DNA of 64,000 nt from Endomicrobiales bacterium (GCA_963794945.1 CAWCFT010000004.1:1-64000); one strand, 5' to 3'. Positions 1 to 13,279 are shown, counted from the stretch's first letter. Notes: generated by a model not told the origin, from the letters alone. Program-made: numbers and translations.

Positions 1-3000
1 TCCCGGCAATCTCTATCCCCCCAACGCCAGTTATTACTGTATCTTTTATTTCACCGCTTGTATTCATTTCATACACTACTCCGCTACCGCTCGCACTTGT
101 TAACTTGCTATTCACTATATTTACTCGGCCTAACCCACCAACGCTCACACTATTTCCCGCACTCATTACTTCTATTTCTTCCGCGTCACACTTCCCCTCG
201 TCTTTCACACTTAACCCATTACTGACCCTGCTTATTTTAGTACCTCTTACCTTTATCTCGCTTAACCCCACTACGCTTATACCTACGGCTTTTTCCCCTT
301 CTCCTTCTATGCTCCCTCCGCTTATCTTTACTATTGACTGACCCCCTCCTACCAGCCCCGTCCCTTTTACCTTTATTCCTACTCCCTCCAGCTCCCATTC
401 GCTCCCACCTTCCATCGTTATTCCGTTCCCTTCGCTCTCTACCTTACTCCCTCTTACCTCTATATTCGTCTCATCTGTTCCCTTTATCCCGTCTTTTACT
501 CCACTTATCTCTATTCCTCTACCCTTTAATCTGCTACCTCCCACTACCTCTATCCCTCTCTCCGCTCCTGTCCCTTCTATCTTTACACCTTCTACCTCTA
601 CCTCGCTCTGTTCTCCTATCCTTATCCCGTACTCTCTACACTTGATCTTACCACCTTTCACCCTCAATACACTGCTCCCGCTCGCCTCTATCCCTCCTGC
701 ACCTTCTATCTCTACTCCTTCCATCTCCCCGCTCGTGTTCATCTCGTACGCTACCACGCTTCCGCTCACACTCGTTAACTTGCTGTTACCTATACTCACC
801 CGGCTTAATCCGCTTACCCATACGCTCCGACCGCTGCTCTCTACTCCTATCCCTTCTATATCCGCTTTACCTTCTTCCTTCGCTATTATCCCGCTGACTA
901 CTCCAATTATATTTACCCCTTTTATATTTATTTCGCTTAATCCTTCTATGCTTATCCCTCCTGCCTCTTCCCCTTCTCCTTCTATGCTCCCTCCGCTTAT
1001 TTTCCCTATTGACTGCCCGGTCATCACAACCCCGCTCTTGCCGGACCTTATCTCTATTCCGCTTATCTTTGCTTCACTACACCCGCTTATCACTACTCCA
1101 TTCTCTACGCTTTCTATCTTTACATCTTCCACTCCCACCCTTGACTCATCCCTCAGCCTTATCCCATCCTCTACTCCACTTATCTTGCTCATCCTTATTT
1201 TTATTTCACTTGCCTCGTTCGCTTCTATTCCGCTCTCAGCTCCAATCCCTTCTATATCTATCCCTTCTATCCCTAAAGTGCTGTGGTCCCCAGAACTTTA
1301 TCCCGTACTCTCTACACTTGATCTTACCACCTTTCACCCTCAATACACTGCTCCCGCTCGCCTCTATCCCTCCTGCACCTTCTATCTCTACTCCTTCCAT
1401 CTCCCCGCTCGTGTTCATCTCGTACGCTACCACGCTTCCGCTCACACTCGTTAACTTGCTGTTACCTATACTCACCCGGCTTAATCCGCTTACCCATACG
1501 CTCCGACCGCTGCTCTCTACTCCTATCCCTTCTATATCCGCTTTACCTTCTTCCTTCGCTATTATCCCGCTGACTACTCCAATTATATTTACCCCTTTTA
1601 TATTTATTTCGCTTAATCCTTCTATGCTTATCCCTCCTGCCTCTTCCCCTTCTCCTTCTATGCTCCCTCCGCTTATCTTTACTATTGACTGACCCCCTCC
1701 TACCAGCCCCGTCCCTTTTACCTTTATTCCTACTCCCTCCAGCTCCCATTCGCTCCCACCTTCCATCGTTATTCCGTTCCCTTCGCTCTCTACCTTACTC
1801 CCTCTTACCTCTATATTCGTCTCATCTGTTCCCTTTATCCCGTCTTTTACTCCACTTATCTCTATTCCTCTACCCTTTAATCTGCTACCTCCCACTACCT
1901 CTATCCCTCTCTCCGCTCCTGTCCCTTCTATCTTTACACCTTCTACCTCTACCTCGCTCTGTTCTCCTATCCTTATCCCGTACTCTCTACACTTGATCTT
2001 ACCACCTTTCACCCTCAATACACTGCTCCCGCTCGCCTCTATCCCTCCTGCACCTTCTATCTCTACTCCTTCCATCTCCCCGCTCGTGTTCATCTCGTAC
2101 GCTACCACGCTTCCGCTCACACTCGTTAACTTGCTGTTACCTATACTCACCCGGCTTAATCCGCTTACCCATACGCTCCGACCGCTGCTCTCTACTCCTA
2201 TCCCTTCTATATCCGCTTTACCTTCTTCCTTCGCTATTATCCCGCTGACTACTCCAATTATATTTACCCCTTTTATATTTATTTCGCTTAATCCTTCTAT
2301 GCTTATCCCTCCTGCCTCTTCCCCTTCTCCTTCTATGCTCCCTCCGCTTATTTTCCCTATTGACTGCCCGGTCATCACAACCCCGCTCTTGCCGGACCTT
2401 ATCTCTATTCCGCTTATCTTTGCTTCACTACACCCGCTTATCACTACTCCATTCTCTACGCTTTCTATCTTTACATCTTCCACTCCCACCCTTGACTCAT
2501 CCCTCAGCCTTATCCCATCCTCTACTCCACTTATCTTGCTCATCCTTATTTTTATTTCACTTGCCTCGTTCGCTTCTATTCCGCTCTCAGCTCCAATCCC
2601 TTCTATATCTATCCCTTCTATCCCTAAAGTGCTGTGGTCCCCAGACTTTATCCCGTACTCTCTACACTTGATCTTACCACCTTTCACCCTCAATACACTG
2701 CTCCCGCTCGCCTCTATCCCTCCTGCACCTTCTATCTCTACTCCTTCCATCTCCCCGCTCGTGTTCATCTCGTACGCTACCACGCTTCCGCTCACACTCG
2801 TTAACTTGCTGTTACCTATACTCACCCGGCTTAATCCGCTTACCCATACGCTCCGACCGCTGCTCTCTACTCCTATCCCTTCTATATCCGCTTTACCTTC
2901 TTCCTTCGCTATTATCCCGCTGACTACTCCAATTATATTTACCCCTTTTATATTTATTTCGCTTAATCCTTCTATGCTTATCCCTCCTGCCTCTTCCCCT

Positions 3001-6000
3001 TCTCCTTCTATGCTCCCTCCGCTTATCTTTACTATTGACTGACCCCCTCCTACCAGCCCCGTCCCTTTTACCTTTATTCCTACTCCCTCCAGCTCCCATT
3101 CGCTCCCACCTTCCATCGTTATTCCGTTCCCTTCGCTCTCTACCTTACTCCCTCTTACCTCTATATTCGTCTCATCTGTTCCCTTTATCCCGTCTTTTAC
3201 TCCACTTATCTCTATTCCTCTACCCTTTAATCTGCTACCTCCCACTACCTCTATCCCTCTCTCCGCTCCTGTCCCTTCTATCTTTACACCTTCTACCTCT
3301 ACCTCGCTCTGTTCTCCTATCCTTATCCCGTACTCTCTACACTTGATCTTACCACCTTTCACCCTCAATACACTGCTCCCGCTCGCCTCTATCCCTCCTG
3401 CACCTTCTATCTCTACTCCTTCCATCTCCCCGCTCGTGTTCATCTCGTACGCTACCACGCTTCCGCTCACACTCGTTAACTTGCTGTTACCTATACTCAC
3501 CCGGCTTAATCCGCTTACCCATACGCTCCGACCGCTGCTCTCTACTCCTATCCCTTCTATATCCGCTTTACCTTCTTCCTTCGCTATTATCCCGCTGACT
3601 ACTCCAATTATATTTACCCCTTTTATATTTATTTCGCTTAATCCTTCTATGCTTATCCCTCCTGCCTCTTCCCCTTCTCCTTCTATGCTCCCTCCGCTTA
3701 TTTTCCCTATTGACTGCCCGGTCATCACAACCCCGCTCTTGCCGGACCTTATCTCTATTCCGCTTATCTTTGCTTCACTACACCCGCTTATCACTACTCC
3801 ATTCTCTACGCTTTCTATCTTTACATCTTCCACTCCCACCCTTGACTCATCCCTCAGCCTTATCCCATCCTCTACTCCACTTATCTTGCTCATCCTTATT
3901 TTTATTTCACTTGCCTCGTTCGCTTCTATTCCGCTCTCAGCTCCAATCCCTTCTATATCTATCCCTTCTATCCCTAAAGTGCTGTGGTCCCCAGACTTTA
4001 TCCCGTACTCTCTACACTTGATCTTACCACCTTTCACCCTCAATACACTGCTCCCGCTCGCCTCTATCCCTCCTGCACCTTCTATCTCTACTCCTTCCAT
4101 CTCCCCGCTCGTGTTCATCTCGTACGCTACCACGCTTCCGCTCACACTCGTTAACTTGCTGTTACCTATACTCACCCGGCTTAATCCGCTTACCCATACG
4201 CTCCGACCGCTGCTCTCTACTCCTATCCCTTCTATATCCGCTTTACCTTCTTCCTTCGCTATTATCCCGCTGACTACTCCAATTATATTTACCCCTTTTA
4301 TATTTATTTCGCTTAATCCTTCTATGCTTATCCCTCCTGCCTCTTCCCCTTCTCCTTCTATGCTCCCTCCGCTTATCTTTACTATTGACTGACCCCCTCC
4401 TACCAGCCCCGTCCCTTTTACCTTTATTCCTACTCCCTCCAGCTCCCATTCGCTCCCACCTTCCATCGTTATTCCGTTCCCTTCGCTCTCTACCTTACTC
4501 CCTCTTACCTCTATATTCGTCTCATCTGTTCCCTTTATCCCGTCTTTTACTCCACTTATCTCTATTCCTCTACCCTTTAATCTGCTACCTCCCACTACCT
4601 CTATCCCTCTCTCCGCTCCTGTCCCTTCTATCTTTACACCTTCTACCTCTACCTCGCTCTGTTCTCCTATCCTTATCCCGTACTCTCTACACTTGATCTT
4701 ACCACCTTTCACCCTCAATACACTGCTCCCGCTCGCCTCTATCCCTCCTGCACCTTCTATCTCTACTCCTTCCATCTCCCCCTTACTTTCTTCTTTCAAA
4801 ATTATTCCGCTATTAACTCCGCAGATCTTAGTATCAATTATATTTATTTCGCTTAAGCCTTCCACATCTATTCCGCCGGCCTTTACTCCTACACCCTCAA
4901 TATTGCCGCCAGTTATTGTTACCGTAGCTTGGCCGGATACAACTAATCCCATTACTTTAGAACTTATGTCTACTCGGTTTAACACTCCTGCACTTCCGCC
5001 TTCAAATGCTATCCCTTTACCATCACTAACTACTTTTAAATCTGTAAAATCTATCTTCGATTCCTCTTTACAGTTAACACCTTCTTTTACGTCTCCTATC
5101 TCACCTTTGCTGCATTTAAGATCGCCCGCTCCGCTCACTTCTATACCGCTCTCGGCTCCATCGCCAACAAGTTTTATTATTTCTATCACTGCTTCACTCT
5201 GGTCACATACCCTTATTCCGTACTTTTTGATCTTTGCCTTCAAGTCAGCTATTTTTAAATTGCTGCTCCCGTAAGATGATATTCCAACGTCAACGCAGTC
5301 TATTCCAATCTTATCAATTACTATTCTCGATTCATCCTTGGCTCTGATGCCTTCCGATACCCAGCTTATCGCACTTCCTTCTACTTTAACTTCGCTTGCT
5401 TCATTTGCCTCGATTCCGCACTCCGCTCCTGCTCCCTCTATTTCCGTTTCCAATATATCAATGCTACCATGGTTGCCAATCCTTACGCCATATCGACGGC
5501 ATTGTATGCGAGTTCCTTTAACCTTCACCACGCTTTCGCCATTAACATTTATCCCGCCAGCACCTGTTATCTGTCCGCCTGCAATTTCTCCATTCGAACC
5601 CATCTCGTAAATTACCGCGCTCGATTCTTGGCTGTTTAGTACGCTGTCGTGCACAACAACGCGGCTCATCCCGTTGGAAATTACGCAATTATTGGTACAA
5701 TTTATATCTGCTTTATCTATACGAGCTTTCCCCTCTTCGGTCGCGCTTATACCGTCCTTTACTCCTGTTATCTTCATCCCATCTATCTGTATATCGCTTG
5801 ACCCCTCAAGGCTTATTCCGCTCGCTTCTTCCCCTTCTCCTTCTATGCTCCCTCCGCTTATTTTCCCTATTGACTGCCCGGTCATCACAACCCCGCTCTT
5901 GCCGGACCTTATCTCTATTCCGCTTATCTTTGCTTCACTACACCCGCTTATCACTACTCCATTCTCTACGCTTTCTATCTTTACATCTTCCACTCCCACC

Positions 6001-7877
6001 CTTGACTCATCCCTCAGCCTTATCCCATCCTCTACTCCACTTATCTTGCTCATCCTTATTTTTATTTCACTTGCCTCGTTCGCTTCTATTCCGCTCTCAG
6101 CTCCAATCCCTTCTATATCTATCCCTTCTATCCCTAAAGTGCTGTGGTCCCCAGACTTTATCCCGTACTCTCTACACTTGATCTTACCACCTTTCACCTT
6201 CAATACACTGCCGCCATTCGCTTCTATTCCACAGTCACCATCCAACAACCCACCCTCAATATAGCCAATTGCATTCGTTCCAATCAGAACCGCAGAACCT
6301 GACTCGCTCATTACGCGTGTGTTTGCGCATCTTAAATTGCCTGAGCCTGACACCTGGATGCCCGGACCTTTGCTTATTATTTCATTACCTGTTTCTTCGA
6401 CTTCAGAGTTATCGTTGATCCCCTGCCCGCAGCAAGCCGACTTCATTCTAGTATTCAATATTTTAAGCCTGCTGTTCTCAAAAGAGACCACGCACAAGGC
6501 CTCGTCTTTATTGCCGCAATATAGTTTACTATCGGCGACATAGAGCTGGGCCTCGCCGGAAGCTTTTACCGCATTTTTATCACATCTGATATTATTATTT
6601 TCAGCCTTCAACACTGACATATCGATAGCGAATATGCCGGCTTCGCCAAACAGCGTGCTGCCGCGTACGGTCACATTTGAGTTCTTGTCTATAAAAACCG
6701 ATGCATTTTTTACTGAGACGAATTCTGATTCGGTTATAGATACGTTGCTAACATCAGTGCACATGATGGATGAATTAAAACTGCTAATTTTCGTGCGGTT
6801 AACGTTTACTTTTGACTCATTCGACACGATTATACCGGTGTCGGCGCCTGTTATCTCGTTATCTGTTACTTCGGATTCTGCCAGTTCTGAACACCTGATA
6901 GCCGTTATACTTGCACTTTTAAAAATATTCCTGCTTACGGTCGCTTTAACGTTATTTTTAAACATGATAGCTGTAGCGCAGTTGCCAAAGCTGTTATTGT
7001 CGATAAATGTTTCTATCAAGCTGTGAGTTTCTATCATTTTTTCGCAGTTTTTAAATGTGTTGCCCGTAACTTCAAGTTTGTGGTTATCCTGATGGCTTAA
7101 TATAGCAACACCTGTACTTTTTGCTATCTTGTTTCCATTAATCCTTAGAAGGCGGACATCCGAGCTGTATATCCCGATCCTATTATCTTTCATTTGGTTG
7201 TTATCGAACACGCATTTTTTGCACGTCGTCAGGTTAATGCCGATATCGTTACCAAATATTTTGTTGCCTGTGATATCCACTTCTATCGATGCGTAGCTTG
7301 AAAGGCAACAGATGCCTTTTTCCTTGCTATTACTGATAATATTGCGGTTTATGACATACTTTCTCTCCCCCGCGCAGAGTATGGCAATATTGTTTTCGTT
7401 TAATTCATTGCATTCGATCTTCATTGAGCCACGCGCATTTATTCCATAATGATTTTTACTGATCTCGCAATGAGACACTTCTGAAGTTGAACCATCCGTT
7501 CCCCATATCCCGAAAGTAGAATTTATTACCGCGGAGTGGCTTATGACAGAATTACTTTTTGAAGATATCAAAATCCCGCCATATATACCTTTTCCATCAA
7601 AACTAATGCGTGTTTTTGGATTTCCTTTAGCTACCAGTCTGCCTTCGACGAATAAATAATGTTTTTCGGCGAGCTGAGCTATAGTAAAACCGCCCGCCTC
7701 CGCTTCCCGGAACAGCGTTTCTTTGCAGGAACGGCTGTATTCTACAGCCTTATCGCATACGACCCTCGTGCCGGGTCTTATGGTGACAGTTACGCCCTTT
7801 TTGATCACGACGTCACCGCGGACAAAGACCTCTCCGCGCCACACTTCGTTCTTTTTTATTATTCCTGATTTTATCAT
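1..7877 (-). CDS. Giant right-handed parallel beta-helix repeat protein (>2600 aa, runs off the window edge; one probable sequencing frameshift at ~1294)
   Basis: ORF 1236..7994 is made of ~22-23 aa G/I/S/N/E-rich coils. Likely start is ATG 7877 (MIKSGII), just after the upstream stop at 7886. The break at 1291-1296 is CAGAAC where the other repeat copies read CAGAC; removing one A keeps the frame open to base 1. Confidence 0.8.
291..4781. repeat. Near-perfect intragenic tandem repeat, period 1350 bp (two 675-bp halves sharing a ~380-bp common block), ~3.3 periods
   Basis: Identical antisense ORFs recur at 334/1685/3035/4385 and 642/1993/3343; sequence lines are identical at 1350-bp offsets. 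A further copy of one block lies at ~5828-6198. Confidence 0.95.
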
Positions 7878-7885
7878 GGCCCTTG

Positions 7886-9175
7886 TTACGCGAGTTTTTC
7901 CAGAAACTCGGCTCCGCTGTAGCCCCATTTGGAAAGAAGCAGTTTCTTGTCGGCTTTTGCTTCTCTGGCGCCGTCCAGCTTCATCTTGGAACAAAAGACG
8001 AACGACTCATTAACTTCTATGACAGCATGTCCAGCCTGGAACGCCTTCAAACAGTAATCGAAAAGCGCATAATTAAGCGTTCTGAATCTTGTATCCAGAG
8101 CTCCTATTGCGCGGATCAACTCGTTCCTTATCAGAAAACACTCGCTGGAAAAATATTTTTTTGATTCCCAGTTACCAATATTGACCCTGTAGTGTTTAGA
8201 GATAAAATTATCGATTTGTTTAAGGTCTACATTGACGCCCGTTGTCAAGTTGGATGCCGGGCATGCTATGCCAAAATGCGGATTGACACTACAACAGAAA
8301 AGAAGGTCTTTTAAAGTTCTTTTATTTATCATGATGTCGTCGCTGAAAAAGAAAGTATATTCGCTGTCGCTGACTTTTACTGCCTTATTAAAACACTCGG
8401 CGAACGTAACGCCTTCGACTTTCCTCAACTTGACATTAGGGTATTGCGACAGTACAAGAGCATTCTCCTTTTCAAATACACCCAATGCTCCATTCTTGCC
8501 AAGACTGACAAATACTGCTTCGATCGACACCGGCTTTCCGTCAACAGCCTTGGTTATATCGGAAAATATATTTTCTTTTATGGGTTCCAGGCCATCATCC
8601 TTAAATATCTTAAAACTCGCGCGGGTGACCATTTTCCCAAGTTCGGCAGCAACTTTTTCATTGTCAACAATTATAACGTCAGCGTGCGAAAGAATAGGCA
8701 TCTCGGCTATTTTACGGTTCTCGGCGTTTTTTAGTGCAACCGTCCTGCGAACACCTTCAGGGAGTCTATCCGCGTATTCGAGCGCCGACGCGAACTGGGA
8801 ATGCGCCGAATCTATCATTACCACGGCTTCAGGCAAATATGCTTCCACATAAGGTAGATAGTATTTGGCAAAATAGTAACCGTTAAAATACACAGAGCCG
8901 TATCCTCCATCCTGAAGGATTTCCTTCAACTGAGCTTCCAGGTCATATATCCCGGCTTTTCTTTTTTCCCTTATCTGAAATACATCTATTTTGTCGCTTT
9001 TAAACTCTTTCTTCGCTGCTTCGTCATTCTCGGTCAACTGAACGTACAATAAATGCACTCGGTTCGTTCTGGCGAAATATTTAAGCATATGCAAGAGCCT
9101 AGCGTCCTTTTTGTTCTCGAACGAGGCTGGCAGTTTGGATACTATTACAAGCACGTTTTCGCCATTTTTTTCCAT
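7886..9175 (-). CDS. Glycosyltransferase-related protein (degenerate GT4-like N-terminus plus GT2-like C-terminal half)
   Basis: C-terminal motifs FAECFNKAV..SEYTFFFSDD, CFLIRNELIRAIGALDTRF and DYCLKAFQAGH resemble the GT2 family. Catalytic competence is uncertain. Confidence 0.65.
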   Translation of the reverse strand: MEKNGENVLVIVSKLPASFENKKDARLLHMLKYFARTNRVHLLYVQLTENDEAAKKEFKSDKIDVFQIREKRKAGIYDLEAQLKEILQDGGYGSVYFNGYYFAKYYLPYVEAYLPEAVVMIDSAHSQFASALEYADRLPEGVRRTVALKNAENRKIAEMPILSHADVIIVDNEKVAAELGKMVTRASFKIFKDDGLEPIKENIFSDITKAVDGKPVSIEAVFVSLGKNGALGVFEKENALVLSQYPNVKLRKVEGVTFAECFNKAVKVSDSEYTFFFSDDIMINKRTLKDLLFCCSVNPHFGIACPASNLTTGVNVDLKQIDNFISKHYRVNIGNWESKKYFSSECFLIRNELIRAIGALDTRFRTLNYALFDYCLKAFQAGHAVIEVNESFVFCSKMKLDGAREAKADKKLLLSKWGYSGAEFLEKLA

Positions 9176-9338
9176 AAGTGTCCTTCCTTGTTGATATAAG
9201 TGATATTTTCAGGGTTAAAACCTAAAATTATATATGTTTTCTGGACTGTTAAGGGCAATTAAGTTGTATTGTGTGAGGGAAAGGTTGGACGTTATGTGTA
9301 TCTTAGTGGCGACCCCTTCTGCTGAAACCGGAGGCTCC

Positions 9339-9692
9339 TTAATCCTGCCGCCCTCTCTGGGACGAATGCGACCGCATTTCCATCAAAGATGGATCTGCCA
9401 CTGGCATGACCTCAGTCAAATTAATCGGGGGATTCCACGTCGCGGGATTAAATCTGCTCAATAGTGAAACTGTCTCAGCAAACCTAGGGTAAAGTAACGG
9501 TTCGCCTCCGGTAATGAATATCTGGGAAGGGCTGTACCTTTCAGTTATACACTGCCGGGCGGACTCAATCTTGCTTGCTTGCTCTTTCACTGCTTGCAGT
9601 ATTTTAATGTTGTCCCATCCTGCTTCTGTAAAAAAGCGGTAACCACACCTATAATTGCATTTGCAGCTTAGGTCCCTGACCCATCTCTTCAT
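9339..9692 (-). pseudogene. Truncated radical SAM gene remnant
   Basis: CNYRCGYR (third Cys of CxxxCxxC is Arg) and IFITGGEPLL motif; homology appears to end after ~80 aa. Confidence 0.6.
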
Positions 9693-9704
9693 ACGATACC
9701 CTAG

Positions 9705-10865
9705 CTAGACGAATCCATCATAGAACCGGTCAAGCTCTCCGGCTATGCTTTTCCAATCGTAATGTTTTTCTACGAGTTCACGGGCATTATTTGAAAGGAC
9801 CTTCCGTTTAGCGGCGTTGTTAAGCAGCTCAACCGTGTTATCAATGAATTCCTGGTCGTTCTTTGATATCAGTATATCTACACCGTCCCTGCATGCAATT
9901 CCGCTGCCTGCCTCAACCGTCGAAACTACGGGGATACCAGACGACATCGCCTCTAGGATCTTTCCCTTTATTCCACCGCCAAGCCTGACTGGTGCAACGA
10001 AAACGCAAGCCTTTTCCATGTACTCCCTTATATCATCTACTTGTCCGGTAACTATTACGTTTTCGGAAGCATATTTTGACATATCCGGAACCACGCCTGA
10101 ACCCACGGCATAGAATTTAGCATCCGGTATTTTCTCCAAAATATTCGGAAACAATTTCTCGACAAAATATTTAAAAGCATCATAGTTCGGATAATGCCTG
10201 TAATGTCCTACAAACACAAGGTTTACACCGGCAGTCTTATTTCCCAGCGGTTTATAATAATCCGTGTCTACCCCCGTAGGTATCAGGACCGACTTCGTGG
10301 CGGGAGAAAATTCCTTAAGTATCCTTTTGTCTCTTTCCGTGAGGACTATTACGGAATTGAACCTTTCAAGCACCTTCTTTTCGTATTTAACAAGCCTGTG
10401 CCACTCTATGTACCGAAAGTTCTCCTGAAGGTCTCTGTCATGGAATGATTGGTCGAAATTTATATTGCTGATATCGTGTTCGGTATACACCATGGGGATG
10501 TTCTCAATATGATAGGCGTATCTTGTCATGTTAAGAAAATCTATCTGGACTACATCCGGCTTTACTTCAGCCAATACTTTTTCAAGCATTAGTATCATAT
10601 CGGGCGTGTAACAGAAACTGATCGATCTAGGGATGTCTATGCCGGTAATTCTCTTATTTTCTTCACGCTCTACAGTATAGACCTTGCGGCAGATTTTTCT
10701 CATTTCGGCTATTTGGCTGGAGAAATCACCCTGTTCAACGAAGGAAAGCAGGTAAAGGTCATTTTTCAAAGCAAGCTGCTTTATTAGGTTAAGCATCCTG
10801 TTCCGACCTCCGTCAAAAGGCGGATAAGGGAAATACGGCGATATAATTAGAATTCTTTTTCGCAT
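9705..10865 (-). CDS. Glycosyltransferase family 4 (GT-B)
   Basis: PYFPYPPFDGG N-terminus, IPTGVDTDYY, GIKGKILEAMSSGIPVVST and YDWKSIA motifs. Confidence 0.9.
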   Translation of the reverse strand: MRKRILIISPYFPYPPFDGGRNRMLNLIKQLALKNDLYLLSFVEQGDFSSQIAEMRKICRKVYTVEREENKRITGIDIPRSISFCYTPDMILMLEKVLAEVKPDVVQIDFLNMTRYAYHIENIPMVYTEHDISNINFDQSFHDRDLQENFRYIEWHRLVKYEKKVLERFNSVIVLTERDKRILKEFSPATKSVLIPTGVDTDYYKPLGNKTAGVNLVFVGHYRHYPNYDAFKYFVEKLFPNILEKIPDAKFYAVGSGVVPDMSKYASENVIVTGQVDDIREYMEKACVFVAPVRLGGGIKGKILEAMSSGIPVVSTVEAGSGIACRDGVDILISKNDQEFIDNTVELLNNAAKRKVLSNNARELVEKHYDWKSIAGELDRFYDGFV

Positions 10866-10871
10866 TATTGG

Positions 10872-11924
10872 TTAGAGGAAATTTATGTGTTCTCCGCCGT
10901 GGAGGATGTTCCACAGGACGGAATTAAAACCGTCGCAACGGCACAGGAGAGGACAGTCGTCGAGGTTAATCCCGGAATATGCTGCCTTTCGCTTCGATGA
11001 TTTCCATATCTCTTCCAGAGTGCTCTTCCCAAGGTCTCCAAGGCAATACTTTTCTATACCTCGCACGTGACAGCAGAGGTACATCTTTTTGTTCGCCGAA
11101 ACAACAGTCGCAAAATTGTGCCCGTAACATTTGCCGTATACCCGCTTAACATCGCCATTATTCATGTTACCGTATTTGTGCACGGAACATAGTACCCTAA
11201 ACCCCGGGGAAGACATTTTCGAGCATTTCTCGATTATATTGATAACGGATTTGTCCGGTTTATTATTGAGTTCTTTCTTTTTGAACGATTTCAGCAGCGG
11301 CCTGAACTGCGCATAGTCAACACCTATCCTTCTACTTAGTTTCACAAAGGCCGGCATATCATAAATTACTTCCGGGTAGGTGATAAAACCCGTTCCGATA
11401 GTCACAGTCGATTTTTTTTCTTTCTTTTTGCTTACAAGCATCGAAATGTTATTTACAACATTATCGAAAGTGCCGCCGTTTAGGCCGTGAGTTATACCGT
11501 AGACCTTCTTTGTACCCGCATCAAGGCTGACCCTGATCCACACGCAGCTGTCTACCAGTACAGCAGCAGTTTTTTCATCAAGGAGAATGCCATTAGTTAT
11601 AAAACCAACGTCCAGTCCAACTGACTTAGAATATCTAACAGCCTCGATCGTAGCCGGGTTACACAAAGGCTCGCCGCCGCCTGTAAAAGTTATGCCTTTG
11701 CCTCCAAAATCCTTTATCTGCTCTATGATATTCTTTGCTTCATCAAGCCTGAGCAGCGACCTGTCGTCCGCCTGGTTATAAAAACCGAAACAGAAAGGGC
11801 ATTTAGAATTGCAAATGTTCGTCATGTCCAGCTCGTAAGTTATTGGACGCGAGAACCCATCTGACTGCCACTCGCTGACCCTGTCTAAGTGCTTCAATAT
11901 TTTGACCGAACTGAACTGATTCAT
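10872..11924 (-). CDS. Radical SAM protein with SPASM/twitch-type Cys-rich C-terminus
   Basis: CNSKCPFC, TFTGGGEPL, ITNG motifs; C-terminal C..YLCC..LGDL..LEEIW..CPLLCRC. Confidence 0.9.
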   Translation of the reverse strand: MNQFSSVKILKHLDRVSEWQSDGFSRPITYELDMTNICNSKCPFCFGFYNQADDRSLLRLDEAKNIIEQIKDFGGKGITFTGGGEPLCNPATIEAVRYSKSVGLDVGFITNGILLDEKTAAVLVDSCVWIRVSLDAGTKKVYGITHGLNGGTFDNVVNNISMLVSKKKEKKSTVTIGTGFITYPEVIYDMPAFVKLSRRIGVDYAQFRPLLKSFKKKELNNKPDKSVINIIEKCSKMSSPGFRVLCSVHKYGNMNNGDVKRVYGKCYGHNFATVVSANKKMYLCCHVRGIEKYCLGDLGKSTLEEIWKSSKRKAAYSGINLDDCPLLCRCDGFNSVLWNILHGGEHINFL

Positions 11925-12008
11925 TTCGTTACCGCCGTTATCACAAGCTGCCCTGGTTTGAGCGACCTGATCGTTTTGAGGGCTTTTCGAGCTTATTGTG
12001 TTTCATAT

Positions 12009-13279
12009 TTACAATCCGTTCGGCAGCCTTTCGAGTACTTCCAGAGCCTTCTTGCACCACTTGTCTATGAAAATCTGTATATTCTGTGCCCTGAGAACAT
12101 CATAGTTAAGGTTATTTTTTTTATACCCCTGCCCGCCTATGTGATAGACGAAAACGTCGCTTGCTACCATTATTTTATATCCCGCCTGCTTGACCCGCAG
12201 ACAGAAGTCGTAGTCTTCATAACCACCTGGTCCGAACCGCTCATCAAGAGTTCCGATGCTGTCAATCACTTCTCTCTTTATAAGCATGCAGAAGCCGATG
12301 ATGCGGTGCGTGTCGAACCAGTAACCCGCATTCTTTAGTAACTGCATGCAGGCGAATCTATTTATATCCTCGAGGTCAAGCTTCAGTTCAATATCCAGTA
12401 CCTGTTCTCCGACCGCGTGGTTTGTGCAGGGGCCTACAACACCTACAGCCGGGCCGCTTTCTGCGCAGGCCTTGAGCCTTTCCAGCCATCCTTCGGTGAG
12501 CACCACATCGTTATTGAGCAACAGGATATATTCACCTTCAGCGACAGATATCCCCTGGTTATTCGCTTTTGAGAAACCAAGGTTAGTGGAATTAAAAATA
12601 GTTCTTACATGTTTCCTTGTTTCCCTCAATTTCTCAAGGTATTCTCTTGTATCGTCGGTTGAACCATTATCCACGAATATAAGCTCGTAATCGCTGTTCT
12701 GTATTTTTTTCCAGTGATTCCACGGTCAGCTTCGTATCCGAAAGCTGGTTGAATGTCAGTATTATTATGCTTGTCTTCTTCTCTTTGAGCTCCTGGAGTT
12801 TTATTCCACCTTCAATAGCTTCTTTTTCGGTGAACACTGGTATTGGGCTGATTTTTTCGAGCAGCAGATTTTTATCACCGGATGTCCCGACAACTACAAG
12901 GTCAGCCTGGCACAGAGCATCCAGCTGCAGGGATTTACCGTTCTCATACCAGTTGACTAGTTCAGAGTTTGAGTTGCTCTGCTGGCCAAGCTTGATAAAA
13001 TTGAGTTCGGGCAAATATATTATAAGTTTACTTTTCATGGCAAGAGATTTAACCATTTGAATCTCCGGGAACTCCGTGTCCAGAAAATTCAGGAAAGCTA
13101 TGACAACATTCTCATAGCTCGTTTCTGACAACAGTCGTTTGAGATCCAGTGTATTGCAGTCTGGTCTGGCAAAATATCTCTCTGGGTTGTGGGCAAATGG
13201 CTTCCAGAGCCGTGAGGTGGGTACTCTGCTCTAGCACGATTTTATATTTTGACGAAATGATTAACAGATTTTGTTTCAT
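12009..13279 (-). CDS. Glycosyltransferase family 2 with N-terminal extension (two apparent frameshifts)
   Basis: ORFs 12667..13131 (TSIIILTFN) and 12009..12674 (DNGSTD, LLNND, GYEDYDFC) join as KNTDSDYELIFVDN if one A is removed at 12696-12701. A probable start MKQNLLIISSK at 13279 needs a second shift near 13170-13220. Confidence 0.8.

Noticed and set aside
105..7026. Plus-strand L/P/S/I-rich ORFs
   Set aside because: Antisense shadows of the purine-rich beta-helix gene; they repeat with its period.
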